Shown here: positions 1-13,477 of the stretch, piece by piece
Layout: each line of letters opens with the position of its first letter
Position numbering within the stretch: position 1 is the first letter of the stretch
NCBI GenBank assembly: GCA_965645245.1
Contig: OZ287077.1
Location: 1,674,001-1,738,000 of the forward strand
DNA length: 64,000 nt
Source: Massalongia carnosa
Taxonomy: Eukaryota
Direction: 5' to 3'
Position numbers and translations under genes: made by a program
Notes under the pieces: model-generated
The model's database searches: none
Told to the model about the DNA's origin: nothing
What the model saw: only the letters and a program-made list of their open reading frames with translations

Positions 1-290
1 GAAATCTCGCCTTGCTTGCTACGTGATTGGTGCGCCAGTGTTTTGGAACAAACATGTGCTTTTTTACTCCGTACGCTGTTCTCTTCACCTAGTCCTCTGT
101 ACGATGAAGGAAGCCATATGGGTACAAAGTCCACAACCACGTTACCAAATCCTTGACGTCGGTTTTCGTTGAGTCGGGCAGTCACACCATCACACCCAGC
201 AGTTTCAGAGTCTGGCAAGACGATCGTCAACAGCTAAAAGACAGGTTCTAGTCTGTATCGACTCTGTACGCATAAAAGAGTTCCGCGTTC

Positions 291-318
291 CCTGCTTCCT
301 GCTTCCTGCTTCCTGCTT
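291..318. repeat. Tandem heptamer (CCTGCTT)x4
   Basis: Four exact copies read directly from the sequence. Confidence 0.9.
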
Positions 319-895
319 CCCTGAACATCCGAAATGACCCCTCCCCACCCTACCGTGCCAAGCCACGGTAGGGCAGAGGACCTTGCCAACTCCGTAACGC
401 GACAGTCACAATGTAACTAAGAAGAACACCGGAGCCCTTGAGCTTTGATGGACAATGTGTCTCTGCACATGCACTCCGTAGATACGACGCTCTCACCACG
501 CTGTTCGCTTTTGGTTTTGAGCATTTTTGACCCTCTTCGGGACCTGTCAGGTACGGCCTCGTTCTTTCCTGGGACAAAACGTTCAAGGCTTCTTGCCCGG
601 CCATCCCTGAAGCCCACGAGCTCAAAACACGTGGAGATTTTCCTTGGCTTATCCAAGCCTCGACGCTTTAACGATTCGGGGATGTCCATTTTCCAACTAG
701 TTTGGGACTCGGTAGATCCCCTCCCCTCCCCAAGTGAGACGTCTGCTGTAGGATCGGGGCACACTAGATAGTTGGTGGTGCTGGGTGATATATGGCTCAT
801 GATGATAATTCACGTTGATTCGCTATCAGGTAGAGGCGAGAAGAAAAGAACGATAGCTTCAGAATAATCGTCAAGGTGCAGTCTCCTCCTTCAAA

Positions 896-927
896 GGTGC
901 GACGGTGCGACGGTGCGACGGTGCGAC
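896..927. repeat. Tandem octamer (GGTGCGAC)x4
   Basis: Four exact copies read directly from the sequence. Confidence 0.9.
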
Positions 928-3900
928 CTCTTCCTTCCCCTTCCCGCGCTTCACCCGATCAAGCTTTGGTACCTTGCAGATACACACTAAGTGCATATGT
1001 TGAGTATCACGCCTGTCGAGAAGATCCAGGGCAGTGGAACGACTCGTCTCATCATCCGCAGTTCACACCCTCTAAGAGGGTCCTTCCGGTCCGGGTCAGT
1101 GGAAATTAGGTCGTTGAAAACTCTTCGCGTTTTGCAAGATGCTGATCAGCTCTTCAGATCTGGAGGATGCAAAGCGAGAACTTTGGCCTCGACAAGAGCT
1201 GCCACAGCCATTTCCCCTGAATGTTTCCTTCTCAGCTTACGTTTGCGTTGTGCATAGATCCGCCAGGGGCGGACGCATCCTGTAAGCGTGTGGCTGGTCA
1301 GTAGGCAGCGCATGGCGCTATCGTTGCTTACTTTTTGATGTTGGTGTCGATCTTCTGGATGTAAGATGCGATCTAAGGCTTAGGACTCTTCGATATGATG
1401 ACCATGAATTTGTTGAGAGATTTGACCGATCAAACTCAACCATCTCCGTCTCCAGGGATCTAGCTTAGATGAGTCGCTCGTCCATAAAGCCAGGTACGGA
1501 TGGCGATCTGATCCGCTAGGTAGTGAAGCTTTTGTCAGTGCCCTAGAATATTATTAATGACCACGTGCCAAAAACCTCCGACAAAGGCGCAAAGCGAGTA
1601 AAGGGGGACAGGCCTGGTGATGCAGTGAATTGCAGCTTACGGGCGTAACACGGGATGGGAGTTAGTAAGTTTCGTTACTCGTACTTGATTGGAGGATATG
1701 GATAGGCGGTCCTATGACGATGTTTCGTTCTCACTTTCCATTTACAATCTACTGGGGAAGTGGGAAAACCTAAAAGGCCCAAAAGGGATTTTGGATTCGA
1801 TGTCTTGGTGAAGTGAAGAGGCCAAGGATGGTCTGGGGGATGATCGTTACATCATCAGCGCTCTCCATTTCAAAGTCTACTTGGGTGATCGGCATGATGG
1901 TCTTCTAGAAGAAAATGCTTAGTAGTGCGAAAGGCTTCCATAATCCCGAGTGATGATGGTAGAGATGATGACAAGTCTTCCAATATTGTTCTTAGCTTTT
2001 TCTTTGCGTCTTCTGATCGACAAGGCTTGAGGGGAATCTCACTTCGGGATTTGATCCACCGGTCAGAAATCGAAAGCGAAAGCTTCTTTGCTTCCATGCA
2101 TCCAGCGTACCTTCTTCCCCACTTTCCACTGTTTCATCCTCCGCTCCTTACCATACCTCTTTCGACAACCATCTCCCGGAGGGCATAATGCTCACTTGAT
2201 CTTGACTGCAGCCCCTGGCTTCGGGATTTGGATTGTATTTCTTCTGTATTGGACGGAATGCTTTCTTCCCCAGCACCAGCTGACTAGGTACGCATGCGAA
2301 TTGCCCCTCATCTTGTGCAGGTACCTATCTTTCTAGATACCGCGATTCTCGCTATGATTTCTTTGCGTGGGCTTGAGGCTTGAGCACGACTTGGCAGGTC
2401 CATGGGCACTACTGCATTCCGGAAGTATACGACCATGAACGGCGGATAGCTTAAGCCATAGCCTCAGAGGCCTAGTGACATTGTAAGGTAGACGAATACA
2501 AGTAACTAGGTCCAGGGATTAGGGTAAAGGAAGCAGGGAAATGAGGAACGTCACGTGTGCGAAGAATCCTCTGCCTACTCCGTGCCGAATACTCTAGGTC
2601 TCGGACTAGTTTTGCGAGATCGTGACTTCGGATTCCAATCCGCTGGAGGTAAACGGGTACCCCCACGGCGTTTCATCGGCACCCACATGCTTGAAATTCG
2701 CTTCTCTAGTGTTGCAGCCTATACCACTTAGGGCCAAAACCTCAACCTTTCAACGACAAAGTTGCTACACTCCTACACTGGCCTGGCCAACCACGATTTC
2801 TGGTAGCTTGCCAGAAATGAGCGCCAAGCGGTGTTTTGGGAGAGCATTGACGAATCGTATCCTCATCAGTCGACTTGAAACCATGGCATTACCTTCAGGA
2901 ATAACCAGAGACCCACCAACCCCCGGCAATCTTTGTCAAAATTTTCACATCCTTCCCTAGGATCTCTCCTCCCGCCATCGTCTTTTTTTATCACCATCAC
3001 CGCCATTACTTGACTGAGGACCCCGCGATTTTGCTGCCGAAGTCTCTTTCCTCTCGTCCGATCCTGTTACGATGAAAGTCCGTGCATGATGAGAGATCCC
3101 AATCCGTGCTCAGATTTTCCTTTTGTTGACGGCAACGATCATTCACCATACCCAACGTTCGCCACTGCCTATCATTATGTCCGTTGACTAGTCTTCCGGA
3201 TTGGTGTACGAAGTACGGAGTACAGATATGCATTCCCTATCAGCCTCTAAGGCCAGCTGTATTCGTACTCTTTAACCTATGTTGCACTTCTTCCCGTCTG
3301 CCATGGCCCCGAAAACGGCAAGCCGTCATGTTCTGGCTACCATGCCTAGGCCTTCGCTTTCCAGCCTTATCATGTCTATCCTGGCCGAGAGCTTTCAGTC
3401 AACAGCGACTTAAGAGCTTAACCTCGATTGGGGCTAAGTTTGCGACTGCCTATTGGGGCGTGGAGCTCTGAAGGGAGTGGCGAATACCGTACCAGTGGCT
3501 TCCTGCCTGGAAAGAGCGGGAGCTACTTTAACGATGTTATGACTCAAGCTCACCAGTAATCCACATCTAGATACGTTGCCAAGCTTCCAAACGGCAATTG
3601 GATGAGTTTCTCGACCAGAGCTGATGGATTGCCATCTTTGAGGGTTCAGCATAACTCTATTGGGTTTTGGCACGTGATACGTGACATGCCAGCCTACGTC
3701 CTGGTATCGCAGCGTCCTCTTGGGTGCATAATAGACGGAGTCCTTCATGTGGTGGCGACTGTTTCAGATTGGTCAGTTCCAGGTGGGATTTTGCATATTT
3801 ACTCTCCTGATTTGTCTTTAGCCCTTCCATTTAAGACTCTCTGAGGGAGCTTTGGCACTTACGTACCCTCCACCCTTCTCAATCCAGATCACCATCTATC

Positions 3901-5199
3901 CACTGTATCTGCTCTCATTCCCGTGTCTTCTTGGATTGGAATAATCAGAGATGTCAACAAGTCTGAGGTCAAGCCTGGAGGTCTGGAGGCCACGTCAGCC
4001 AATATTCTTAATTTGCTAGAGAATTAACAGCAATGATTCACTATGGGTGTAAACCTGCGGAGTCTGCCTTGCCCTTAATATCAATCTCCTAGGGTCAATA
4101 ATAAGTTAGCCTAGCAGATCCATTGGGCCCAGACGGACAAGCATGAGGATTACGACTCGAGCAAAGTCTCATGTCACTGGATCTGGCGTCTAACGGTGCC
4201 AAGAGAATTTTGGTGTTCCACGAGGCCCTATGAAGAGTAGTCGAAGAACAATGCAGGTGATCTTATTTAATGCCCGTCTTCTTCGATTAGCCGTTTTTTC
4301 TTGTAGAGGGGGCTCTCGGCAAAGCCAGGCTCATTTGCAGTCATCCCGTGCGGGAAAGCCCAAGCAATGCTTTGTGTGCTTACTTCAATGAATCATTCCA
4401 CGGCGACGCTAAAGCGCACGCATTAGCCTCGGCAGTGCTGCACCTCATGACCCTGGATTCCTCCGTTCACCACTCATGTTGACTTCCATCGTGGCGTGCT
4501 ATACCAACATGCTCACTATGGAGGGACCGCAGCGAAGACCCGCTGCAACGCCATAAACTCTAATCATATGGCCTAACGATTTGACCGGTTAATGTTTCTT
4601 TCCTGCCTTCATGTCGGTTCATAAGAACAGTCAAGGGTTGTTTAGCACCTAAGTATGTGGTGGTCATTGAGATATGCTGGATACCTTAGCGCTTCAGTCT
4701 GACATTGATGCATGCAGCGGTGAAAAGAAAAGAAAAGATCACTTTGTACAATTTAGTCTGACTCATCCAAAGGGTCCAGTCATAGCGGCTAGCCAACCGT
4801 TGAAAAGGCACTTCGTGTATGCAAAGATCAAAGCATCGAAGGAATGGAAAATTTGAGGAAAACTGCTTCGACTATGCATGCAAGGAGAGTCAAAGCGAGC
4901 CTTTGGATCACCAAGAAAACTCGATGTGGGCGTGAGAGCTAGATGGCCTTGGGTTTCGTCTAAGATATTCTCTGCGTTCTTAGGTAGGCGCCCACCCATG
5001 AAACAGTCTTTGCATTATCAAAGCATACCTTGTTCTTTTCTCACTTTCCTGTTATTAGTTTTTTTTCAAATATCTGTTATATTTTCCCCCCATCGAGTTG
5101 TCGTCCGTTGTGGAATACCATGTGCAGAGACTTGGGCAGTCTTTAGGCATGCAAATTCAAGAACACAAAGTGTTTTCCAGCACTCGATACCATCCTACA

Positions 5200-8100
5200 T
5201 AAAAATCTCCTTGTAGCTATTCTGATCACTTTTCTATTTTCAACTATTTGTTAAATTTCAGAAGTTTAGGGTCCGTTTTGGAGGCAATAAGGCTCATGAA
5301 ATCTTACGCAAAGCTTTATCATGAGCCTATGAAAAGACTGTTTCTTATACTCATTACAGCTTATGATTTATAACAAGAAAATCGATTGGGTTTTCTCCCC
5401 AGCTCAATGGAAGACTTCATCATGAACCTTTTTTGGGTGCAAATGGGTCAATACTCAGTTCTCGATTATTATTAACCCGTTTGGCGCGTGCTCAATTGCA
5501 TACATATGTGGGACTTAGACACCATATATTGAGCCCAACTGTCAATTTTAGACTCTCGCCATAAATTACTATCTTACCTTTACGAAAGAGAAAACTATGT
5601 TTATACTCTTCAGACGAAGGTCTTGCCTCCTGACTCCAACAGTACCCAAACAAAATTATTGTTACAGGTTAAATATACAATAGGACTTACGGCAAATCGA
5701 TTATTCTACCTTTTCATCCGTGTAGTAAAACTTTAATTTTCCGGTCTGAATTTTCTTCCTACCTAAGCATTCAAAAAGGTATGTTTAGAGGAATATGGTC
5801 TTGCTAATAACGATTTGCTTCATCAAATGAAACATTACCGCAGACCTCCCCTTCAGCGAGCCAGCTCCCGTTCCTGTAACTTCTTCAGTCTTTCCACCTC
5901 CAGACCGAAATGAAACAACTTCCCCTTCTAAAAAGTTGCGGCTTTGATTATCTTTTTAGAAACGGTATTTTCAAGCTTCCCTACGAGTTGGCGAAAAAAT
6001 CTTGCACAGGAAATAAAGGGTATTTGTAGATATTTTCGGTTTGTAACAGACTTATTATTTTTTATTTCCTGTTTTGGACTTTGCGCAGGAAGGGATGGTT
6101 GACTCTTTATGGGTCCACGTCTGCATACATAAAAGATACTGAGAGCTGATCTAAATGGTTCGGCGAGGTCGATGGGGCTTGTAGAGCGTTTGCAAATGAT
6201 CTGTCGCACTGCGTGTAACTTTCGCTGATTCTCTCTAGCCTTTGTACCTATCTGCCTCTTCGTAGAGCATAAAGAAAGAAAAAGATATCACTCTGCCCCT
6301 ATCCTTATCCTCTCAGTATCTATCCTCAAACGCAAAACCTCTCCTAAGTCTCTTCCGAAACCTCTTTTTGAGCCATCATTTGGTGCTATGTGTTCTATGA
6401 AGTGTACCTTTTTCGTTGGTCTCTTATTTCCCTCGCCATCATCACCACGTTCGTCATAACCCCTATCGCCACTCTCAACTCCCTCCAATTATGTACGCCT
6501 TGCGGAACTGTGGTGTTTCTACCCGTCCTGGGGAGTAAGGATCTAGTCTTCCCGAGTGGGGATGAAGGGGTGGGAGAGGTCAGGGTGAGGTTAACTAGGA
6601 ATGATAGATGGGGATTGCTCCGGGATGGTTGGTTGGACTACATATTACTCCTTTCCTTAGTACTGGTTGTGATGGAAGGGGAACTTCAAGAAAAAACTCT
6701 AATTGGATTTTATATTCCTTTACTTACAGTGTCGAATCCCAGTCCTGCTATCTCTCCACTTGTTCCCTTTCTCCCTCCTCCCCTTCATTTCTTTACCTCC
6801 CTATACTTTATAAGCAAAGAAAATACAGAAAAATCGGAAAAGGAAAAGGAATGAGAAAAGCAAAAGTAAAAGCAAAAAAACCTACAAGCCCAAGGTTTCC
6901 TCAGGTCTTTCTTGTCTTAGTGGTTGACTAGGTCCATCAAGTGCTTCGGGTTGTGTTTTCGGGTTCTAGTCTAGTCTTTCCGATTCTATGTTTACAGTGA
7001 AACTGGAGTGATAAGGGTGAAGGTGGAGATGAGGATTGGTATTGGGATGAAATATGGATAGCTGTACAACCGATTTTCTTTTTATTTCCAACTCCCTTGG
7101 TCCCATCCCGACATCCACGTTCATTGACTTCCCTCCTTCCCTCTACCTACCAAAGACCATCACCAAACCAGGGACCCCCCCTTCTCCCTTGTCTACCAAC
7201 TCCAACCAATCCCAAGAACCCCTCCCCCCGCCATTCTCCACAACCGGAACTCTCACGCCGCACACTATTTGATTAGCATACTTTAAAAAACCCCCCCGCC
7301 GTGTATTCCTCATTCAGTCAGAAATTTGGCTAGATAGGTAGCGAGCCTTGAGGCAGACGCTTAGGGCAAGGTTGGGTTGGGTTAAGTGGGGGGCTCTGAT
7401 GGGCATTCGATTGGTCGTCTGGTGGGAACGGAAGAAGGAAGTGGTACAAGAGAGCATTGGATAGATAGATAGATTGCTTAGGTCATGAGTAGATGGAAGA
7501 AGAGGGAGAGGGAGATATAAAAGGACTTTCCCTATGGGTTTATTTTATCGGGTTTGCCTTTGCCTTTTTTTTTTTGGCTTTCTTCTTTCCTTCCTTACAC
7601 TCTTTCTCCAAATACATAGTCTCTTCGCCTTTGTTCTCTCTCTCTCCATTTCTTTCTTTCTTTCTTTCACCTTGAAAACCAGAGATATATACAAAACCTA
7701 GAAGCTCAATCCACTTTGTCTTTCTTCCTCCTAAAAACCTCTCTTTCATACTCATTCTTCCACAACACTCTCTGAAAAGAAACTTATAGCAACTGTCTTA
7801 CTTTACAAGACTTTATCCCGTCAGCCGATTTTGATTATGAGTATGTAACTAAACAGAAAGTGGCTGGAGTCTAGGCATTCAGGGGGCCAGCACCACCACC
7901 CCCTCCCTTTGCTGCGGCTGGGAAAAGGGGTAAACAAAGGGAGGAAAAGTGAGCAGTTTTATTATGAAAATGCAAAATATGCGAATCGAAAGACATCATC
8001 GATCTCCCATCAAAGGTCTTTAGGATAAAAGTCCTCTTCCAAGTTTTAGTGTTTTAAGCCATAGCCTCTACTCCTCATTATTGAGTTCGTAATTCATTCT

Positions 8101-8400
8101 CGCCTACTCCAAACTAGAAGATCAAGAAAAATCCCACATATACCCCATATACCATATTCCTCTCGACCAACAGCAAAGGACTAAGTACATTACCCCCTCT
8201 TTACCCTGCCTAGCCACTATCATAAAACGAATAGAGAGTAGAGATAGCTGCACGTCGTTAGCTCTCTGGTCGAAGCTGAAGCATCGGTGACGAGGATGGA
8301 ATAGGAAATACGGGAGAATAAACCGAGAGTATTGGAAGAAAACTCCGGCAGGGTAAAAATAGGAGCATCTTGCTAACCCTAATATGAACCGTACTCGAAT
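5200..8400. other. AT-rich degenerate region, possibly a RIP-mutated transposon or gene relic
   Basis: Visibly AT- and TA-rich, low complexity, with only short broken ORFs and no recognisable domain. Boundaries are approximate. Confidence 0.3.
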
Positions 8401-11269
8401 CTATTGTCGCTTCCATCTTGATCTCTCGACCCCTTCCCCCCGGAATTATTCTGTAAGTTATTCACTTTCCGATTTCTGTCATCACGAAGAAAACTCCCAC
8501 TCTTTCCCCATCCCTGCCCAAGAGAATGCAAGACTGGACATTATCCCTGTTGACACTGAAAAGCACGACCGGAACGGCATGGTTTTGAAAAGGCTACCAG
8601 GTTTTCGCAGGGACATGAGTTTGGGAGAAAGGTTAATTAAGGAGAATGGAAAGAGGAAACGAGGGTTTCATTGGCTGGGAGGAGGCGAGGGCGAAAAAAT
8701 GAGTATAGTGAGAGTTTAACTCAGGCAGGCATCTCCTGGTGTCAAGGTATCTGTGCCAAGCTCCGAGATTTCAGGGATAACATGGAATTTGACAGCGTTA
8801 GATGCCCAATGCAAGACGAAGAATCATGTGGAAAGCCAAAGGTTTCAATGACGTGGTTTAAGTCGCTCGCCTAAAATTTAACCAGTGAGTATTCCAGGTA
8901 AGGAATGAAATATAAACAGAGGGTACGAAGCTTAGTTCCGGTCGTGAAGGGATTTAGACCACCTGTGTGAGGCTATGTTTCTGGTAAGCTGGCCATGATC
9001 AGCAGATGGAACTTCTCTATCTCATCAACAAAATCTGCGCTACATTTGTGAAGCAGTTCCGCTGAGCACTGCGAAAATACTGCGGAAATAGTACTGATCG
9101 TTAGAAATGCTAGACTGCCAAAAAACGAGATGTTGACTCTTGAACACGTTCAAGAAGTGCAAGCATCCCTAGCATATCATCAGATCGGAACACAAAGATT
9201 AAAGGAGAGTTCAGATTTCAGAAAAGATGGAGGCACCTATCTCTCTGCTTGCCCTGACATGTATTATACCATCTTCCGAAGCCAAATAGCCCAAATTTAG
9301 AAGGATGAATCATAAGGAATTGCTCCCCAATACATATTGTGGTGCATCGATGCTTCCTAGGAGGACTCTTTCCACTTTTTCAATCCGTGGTTCCATTTCC
9401 ACCAAGTATCACAACACCTTCCAATGCTTTGGACATGCGACATTTAAGCAGTAGGGGAAGCGCTTAATCAACTTCAGATGCCAACTGCTAGTTTTTCTGC
9501 GATCTCCAAAGTATTATCAACGCTACAAGCACAATATATGTATGCGCCGAATAGATGCTGTCAACAGGGGAAAGCCATAAGAAGCAAAAGCTCCTTGAGG
9601 CAGATAGGAAAAAAACTTGATCCTTGTATCCGTAGACTTTGAAGCTAAATTGTTGTAGTCTCGTGTTATGATATCGATGACTCGCCATCAACGTTTAGTA
9701 TTCACCACCATTTGCAACACGCTAAATTTTTACTACGACAACACGATTTAAATTGGGGAACACGACTCTTTTACCTGCTCTCGGAGACAAGGTACTTACT
9801 AGTTAGCGTGTTGCAAACGAAGATTGACTCCAGAAACGAGGTTTTTGAGAACAGCAGCTTTTTGTAACATGCCAAAACATTGTTAAAATCAGTTGAACAT
9901 CACTGATAGTTCAAAGCCGACCTTGATTGATCCAGGTGATGAACTAACGCATTTGAGGTTTCGTGTCATTTCGTTGAATTGCCGGGACAAATGTGGAGAA
10001 AACCCGACGAGTAAAACAAAGTCAATGTTGCAAACCCCTGAAGTAACTAGCTTAACTCCCAACCTTCGATGCTACCATAACTTCGATTAAGCGCTATTCA
10101 ACAGGGAGGTCAGCAAAACTCAAAGCGCGGTGGTAGGCCAATTCTAGTTTAATAACGCATTGCCCGCACTCCTGACTCCTGGATTCTCCCCCTGCAAGCC
10201 TTCTAGTCCATGCACTAAGGCACATGAAAACTATTAATGCCGCCGGGGACAGCCTCAACTGGGAATATTCTACCGTTAGGTAAGTTACCCCGGATCTAAA
10301 AGATGCCTCTTCGAATCCCAGATAGGGGCAGCCGGAGGATCTGGAACGCTTACGCAGAAGCTTGAAGGCAATCGGAGTCATCTATTTATGGGTATGTTGA
10401 TACTGCAGCACTGTTTCGATAGTAACCCTTGTCTTTGAATCTCTGGTTGTTTCGGTTTTGATTACCTATGAAAAATAGCTATGTGGGCCCTAGTTTCTAA
10501 CATCTGCGCTCGCACTTTGATTTCGAGTCATTCTATTATTATTTGTCTACTTGGCTATTTATCTAGTCATTCAGTTGTCCGGTCGTTTGATATAGCTATC
10601 GTCTAGTTGTCCTGGAGCTATTCACTTTTCACAATCTTTCCTTTTAGCCGAACCGTTTAAATGCTTTTCTAAGACTTCATTTCTTCGCTACCTGAGTGCT
10701 CGAATGTGTAGTCGAATGTATGATCGAGTAGGTGAATAGACGGGTAGTTTGCTATGTAACTATTAGGACGTGTTCCTTTGATGCATCGATTTTTTAGACC
10801 TCTACGCCCTGAGCCGTTAACCCCTGATAACCGGATTGTTTTTGGGGAGAAATCCGGCCATGGCAGAAAGATTCAGGCGCTCCCCTTTTCTTATTTCACA
10901 GCCTCTTGGCTTTGTGGATAGATTATTTGATACCCTATTGATTTTGATACGATAGAACCAAATTTCACAACGGAAACAACAGATAGTCCGGCGTTATCGA
11001 TTCTAGATGTGGCATTTTTAGCCTATGCTATGATCAATTGTTTATGTTGTGAATCGAGGTGCAATTCCGCGAGAGAGTTTGAGAGAAGTCGAGGCACCTA
11101 TGTTATTTCATATTGGCTGCCCATGACGGCCAGTACTAACTATCACTGTGCGATTCCTCACAACTCTATCCCTCCACAGTCTTTTCAAAAACACCCTCGC
11201 CAGCGACAGCCCCCGAATCCTCCTTGACGTAGCATACACATCTATACACCATCCTTGGAGGGCGTTTTA

Positions 11270-12020
11270 CCAAAAATATGGCAAATCTACCTCGGCGACC
11301 CCGCAGGTAAGGTCTCCGGGGAGTCAGTTTCCATCTGGATCACCAAAAATCAAGGATATTCTTAAGTGCTAATGAGTTTTGAAGGCGCCAACGATTTCGC
11401 GTGCCGCCACTACTCACTCGACCCGACCTGCTGAAAACGTTCCTGGACCTAGTTCCTCATCCTCCACGCCGATCTCCTATGCTACGTGCTCTTTGAGGCT
11501 GAAGGTGGCGTCTACAGCGATATCAACTTCACCGCAATACCCATACCGAGGCCTGGATCCCGGCCGAAAACTAGGCATATACCCGCGCTATTGTCGACCT
11601 CGAGTATGATGGTCTTGGTGCAGAAAAATTATGGCCAGCTTGAAACAATATACAGTTCTGCCAGTGGCATAGCATCTGCTCATGACACGCACGGTAGGGA
11701 ATGTCGCCCCCTCGATCCATGCACTCGCGTGCTCCCACAATGTAGATGTCTCAGAGCTGCAGCCTATGAACTCAGAAGTGACACAGGTGACAGGTCCTGT
11801 GGTCTGGACGCGTAGTGTTCGAGAACCTGTCAGCCGCGGCTGGCCGAAATGTCAGCTAGGTCGACCTCACGGGAATGCAGGCGCCGATGCGGTTCAGAAA
11901 TTTTCTAGTGCTATCCATTGGTACGTTTGGGACAGGACAGGAACATTTATGGAGTACGTTGGATGAGGCTGTGGATACTTTGGTGAAGCATCATTCAATG
12001 CGTCGTGGAAACATGGCTCG
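11270..12020 (+). pseudogene. Disrupted glycosyltransferase family 32 (Och1-like alpha-1,6-mannosyltransferase) gene
   Basis: Family motifs occur in order across different frames: PKIWQIYLG (11270), IWITKNQGYS*, ADLLCYVLFEAEGGVYSDINF (canonical DLLRY...GGVYSDID), TGPVVWTRSV, LVKHH. They are interrupted by stops and frameshifts. Confidence 0.75.
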
Positions 12021-12443
12021 CCAGGAGGTAGCTCTGAAGTAAGTATTCGAGACGAAAAGAAAATTTTAGCCTGTCAATGGTTTTCCCTAATTGATTCTTC
12101 GGAGCTTGGGACTTGATGAAATGGCTGAGTTGGATGACTATTGCAATTGAAAGATCCTTTGACAAAACATCACAACTATGAGACTCGAAGCGAATACTAT
12201 CAAATCCACTAATCCAATAATAAATCAAAGAAAACCGATAGACTCAGGATGGAGGCTGTTGTGTTTGTTGTGGCGTCGTTTTATAGCCATGCCTGATATA
12301 TGTTCAAGTATTTTACTGGAATAAGGAGTTTGGCGGCGAAAAAAAAAACTGGCTGGCTGAAGTACCGTATATGCCTAACAAGGCTGGAACACCTTGAATC
12401 TAAAAGGGTTTTTTTTAGGCTCTCTGAATCAGAACATCGCCGC

Positions 12444-13049
12444 TTACTTGTAGCTGTTTCCTGGGGTACGGCTTTCCTCTGGGGTCTTGACTCTTTCAGC
12501 CTTCCCTAGTTGACGCGCCGCTCCGGTTGGGAAGCGTTTCTCCATACCACATAAGTTGCATGTAACAACTAATACATCTGCCCACGGTTTTTTGCCACCA
12601 CGGCTTTTGTTCTCTATTAGAGAATTTGATGTATTGCCTGCTAGAAGAAGGCTATCACAACGTTTGCAAACCGAATGCTTCATATTTGGAGTGAGCCTAA
12701 TTTGGCTCTTTAAGGATATTCCACGAAGATGAGAAAGAAGACGGCGGCTTGAACCCGCTTTTCCCGAGAGTGATGGCTTCACTGGGTGGGCTTGTAGAAA
12801 ACCATCAAGCTGCTCAGTTAGTATAATTGTAGACTTCTTTTGTGTTGTATCAGTGTCTTCTCTTGAATCCAAAAGGTCTTGTTTCTCAACATCAAGATCA
12901 GGCGACTCAAGAAAAAGGGACTCCCTGCAATGAACATTTAGTCCATTATCGCAGGCTTTGTTGAGATACGTCGCAGCTTGATAAAGGAAGGAGATTCTCG
13001 AGTGCAAGTGTTTATTAGGAAAAATAGCAGAATCTTTCTGCTTCTTCAT
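12444..13049 (-). CDS. RPR2: RNase P subunit Rpr2/Rpp21 family protein
   Basis: Contains HLHSRISFLYQAA, KHSVCKRCDSLL and VVTCNLCG (two CxxC zinc ligand pairs). ATG at 13049, single exon. Confidence 0.85.
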   Translation of the reverse strand: MKKQKDSAIFPNKHLHSRISFLYQAATYLNKACDNGLNVHCRESLFLESPDLDVEKQDLLDSREDTDTTQKKSTIILTEQLDGFLQAHPVKPSLSGKAGSSRRLLSHLRGISLKSQIRLTPNMKHSVCKRCDSLLLAGNTSNSLIENKSRGGKKPWADVLVVTCNLCGMEKRFPTGAARQLGKAERVKTPEESRTPGNSYK

Positions 13050-13477
13050 CGTAATCCTTAGGTTGCTAAGAGAAAAAGATAAGAGTGAGAGTCGCAGGTA
13101 ATAGTAAAGTGGGGTGAAGATAGATGAATCGACCAATCAGAGCAACCTTAGCGCATTAGGACTAGTGCGTCTTCATTGTTTTCAGACCTTTCGTTTGCGT
13201 TCACGCCCTCAAATCAACCACTATCTAACCTCCACCAACATATCTTCTCTTTCATTCATCAAGTCTTTGAAACCCAGAAAACCTCGCTAGGAGTCTTCCA
13301 AGGTAGCATTAATCTCCATCTCCTGCTGCATCCGGATCAGCCTGGCTTTTGTAGGCTACTTGGAGAAAATCCTGAATTCTGCAACGAAGAATCCAGTTAC
13401 CTGGAGCGAACGATACCAGGACCAATTTCTATCCAAGTCTTTTTACCCAGCCTCTACTCAAACTCATAATACTCACG

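Noticed and set aside
417..800. 127-aa minus-strand ORF (MSHISPSTT...) as a real gene
   Set aside because: No recognisable domain and no convincing spliced continuation; may be spurious or a relic.
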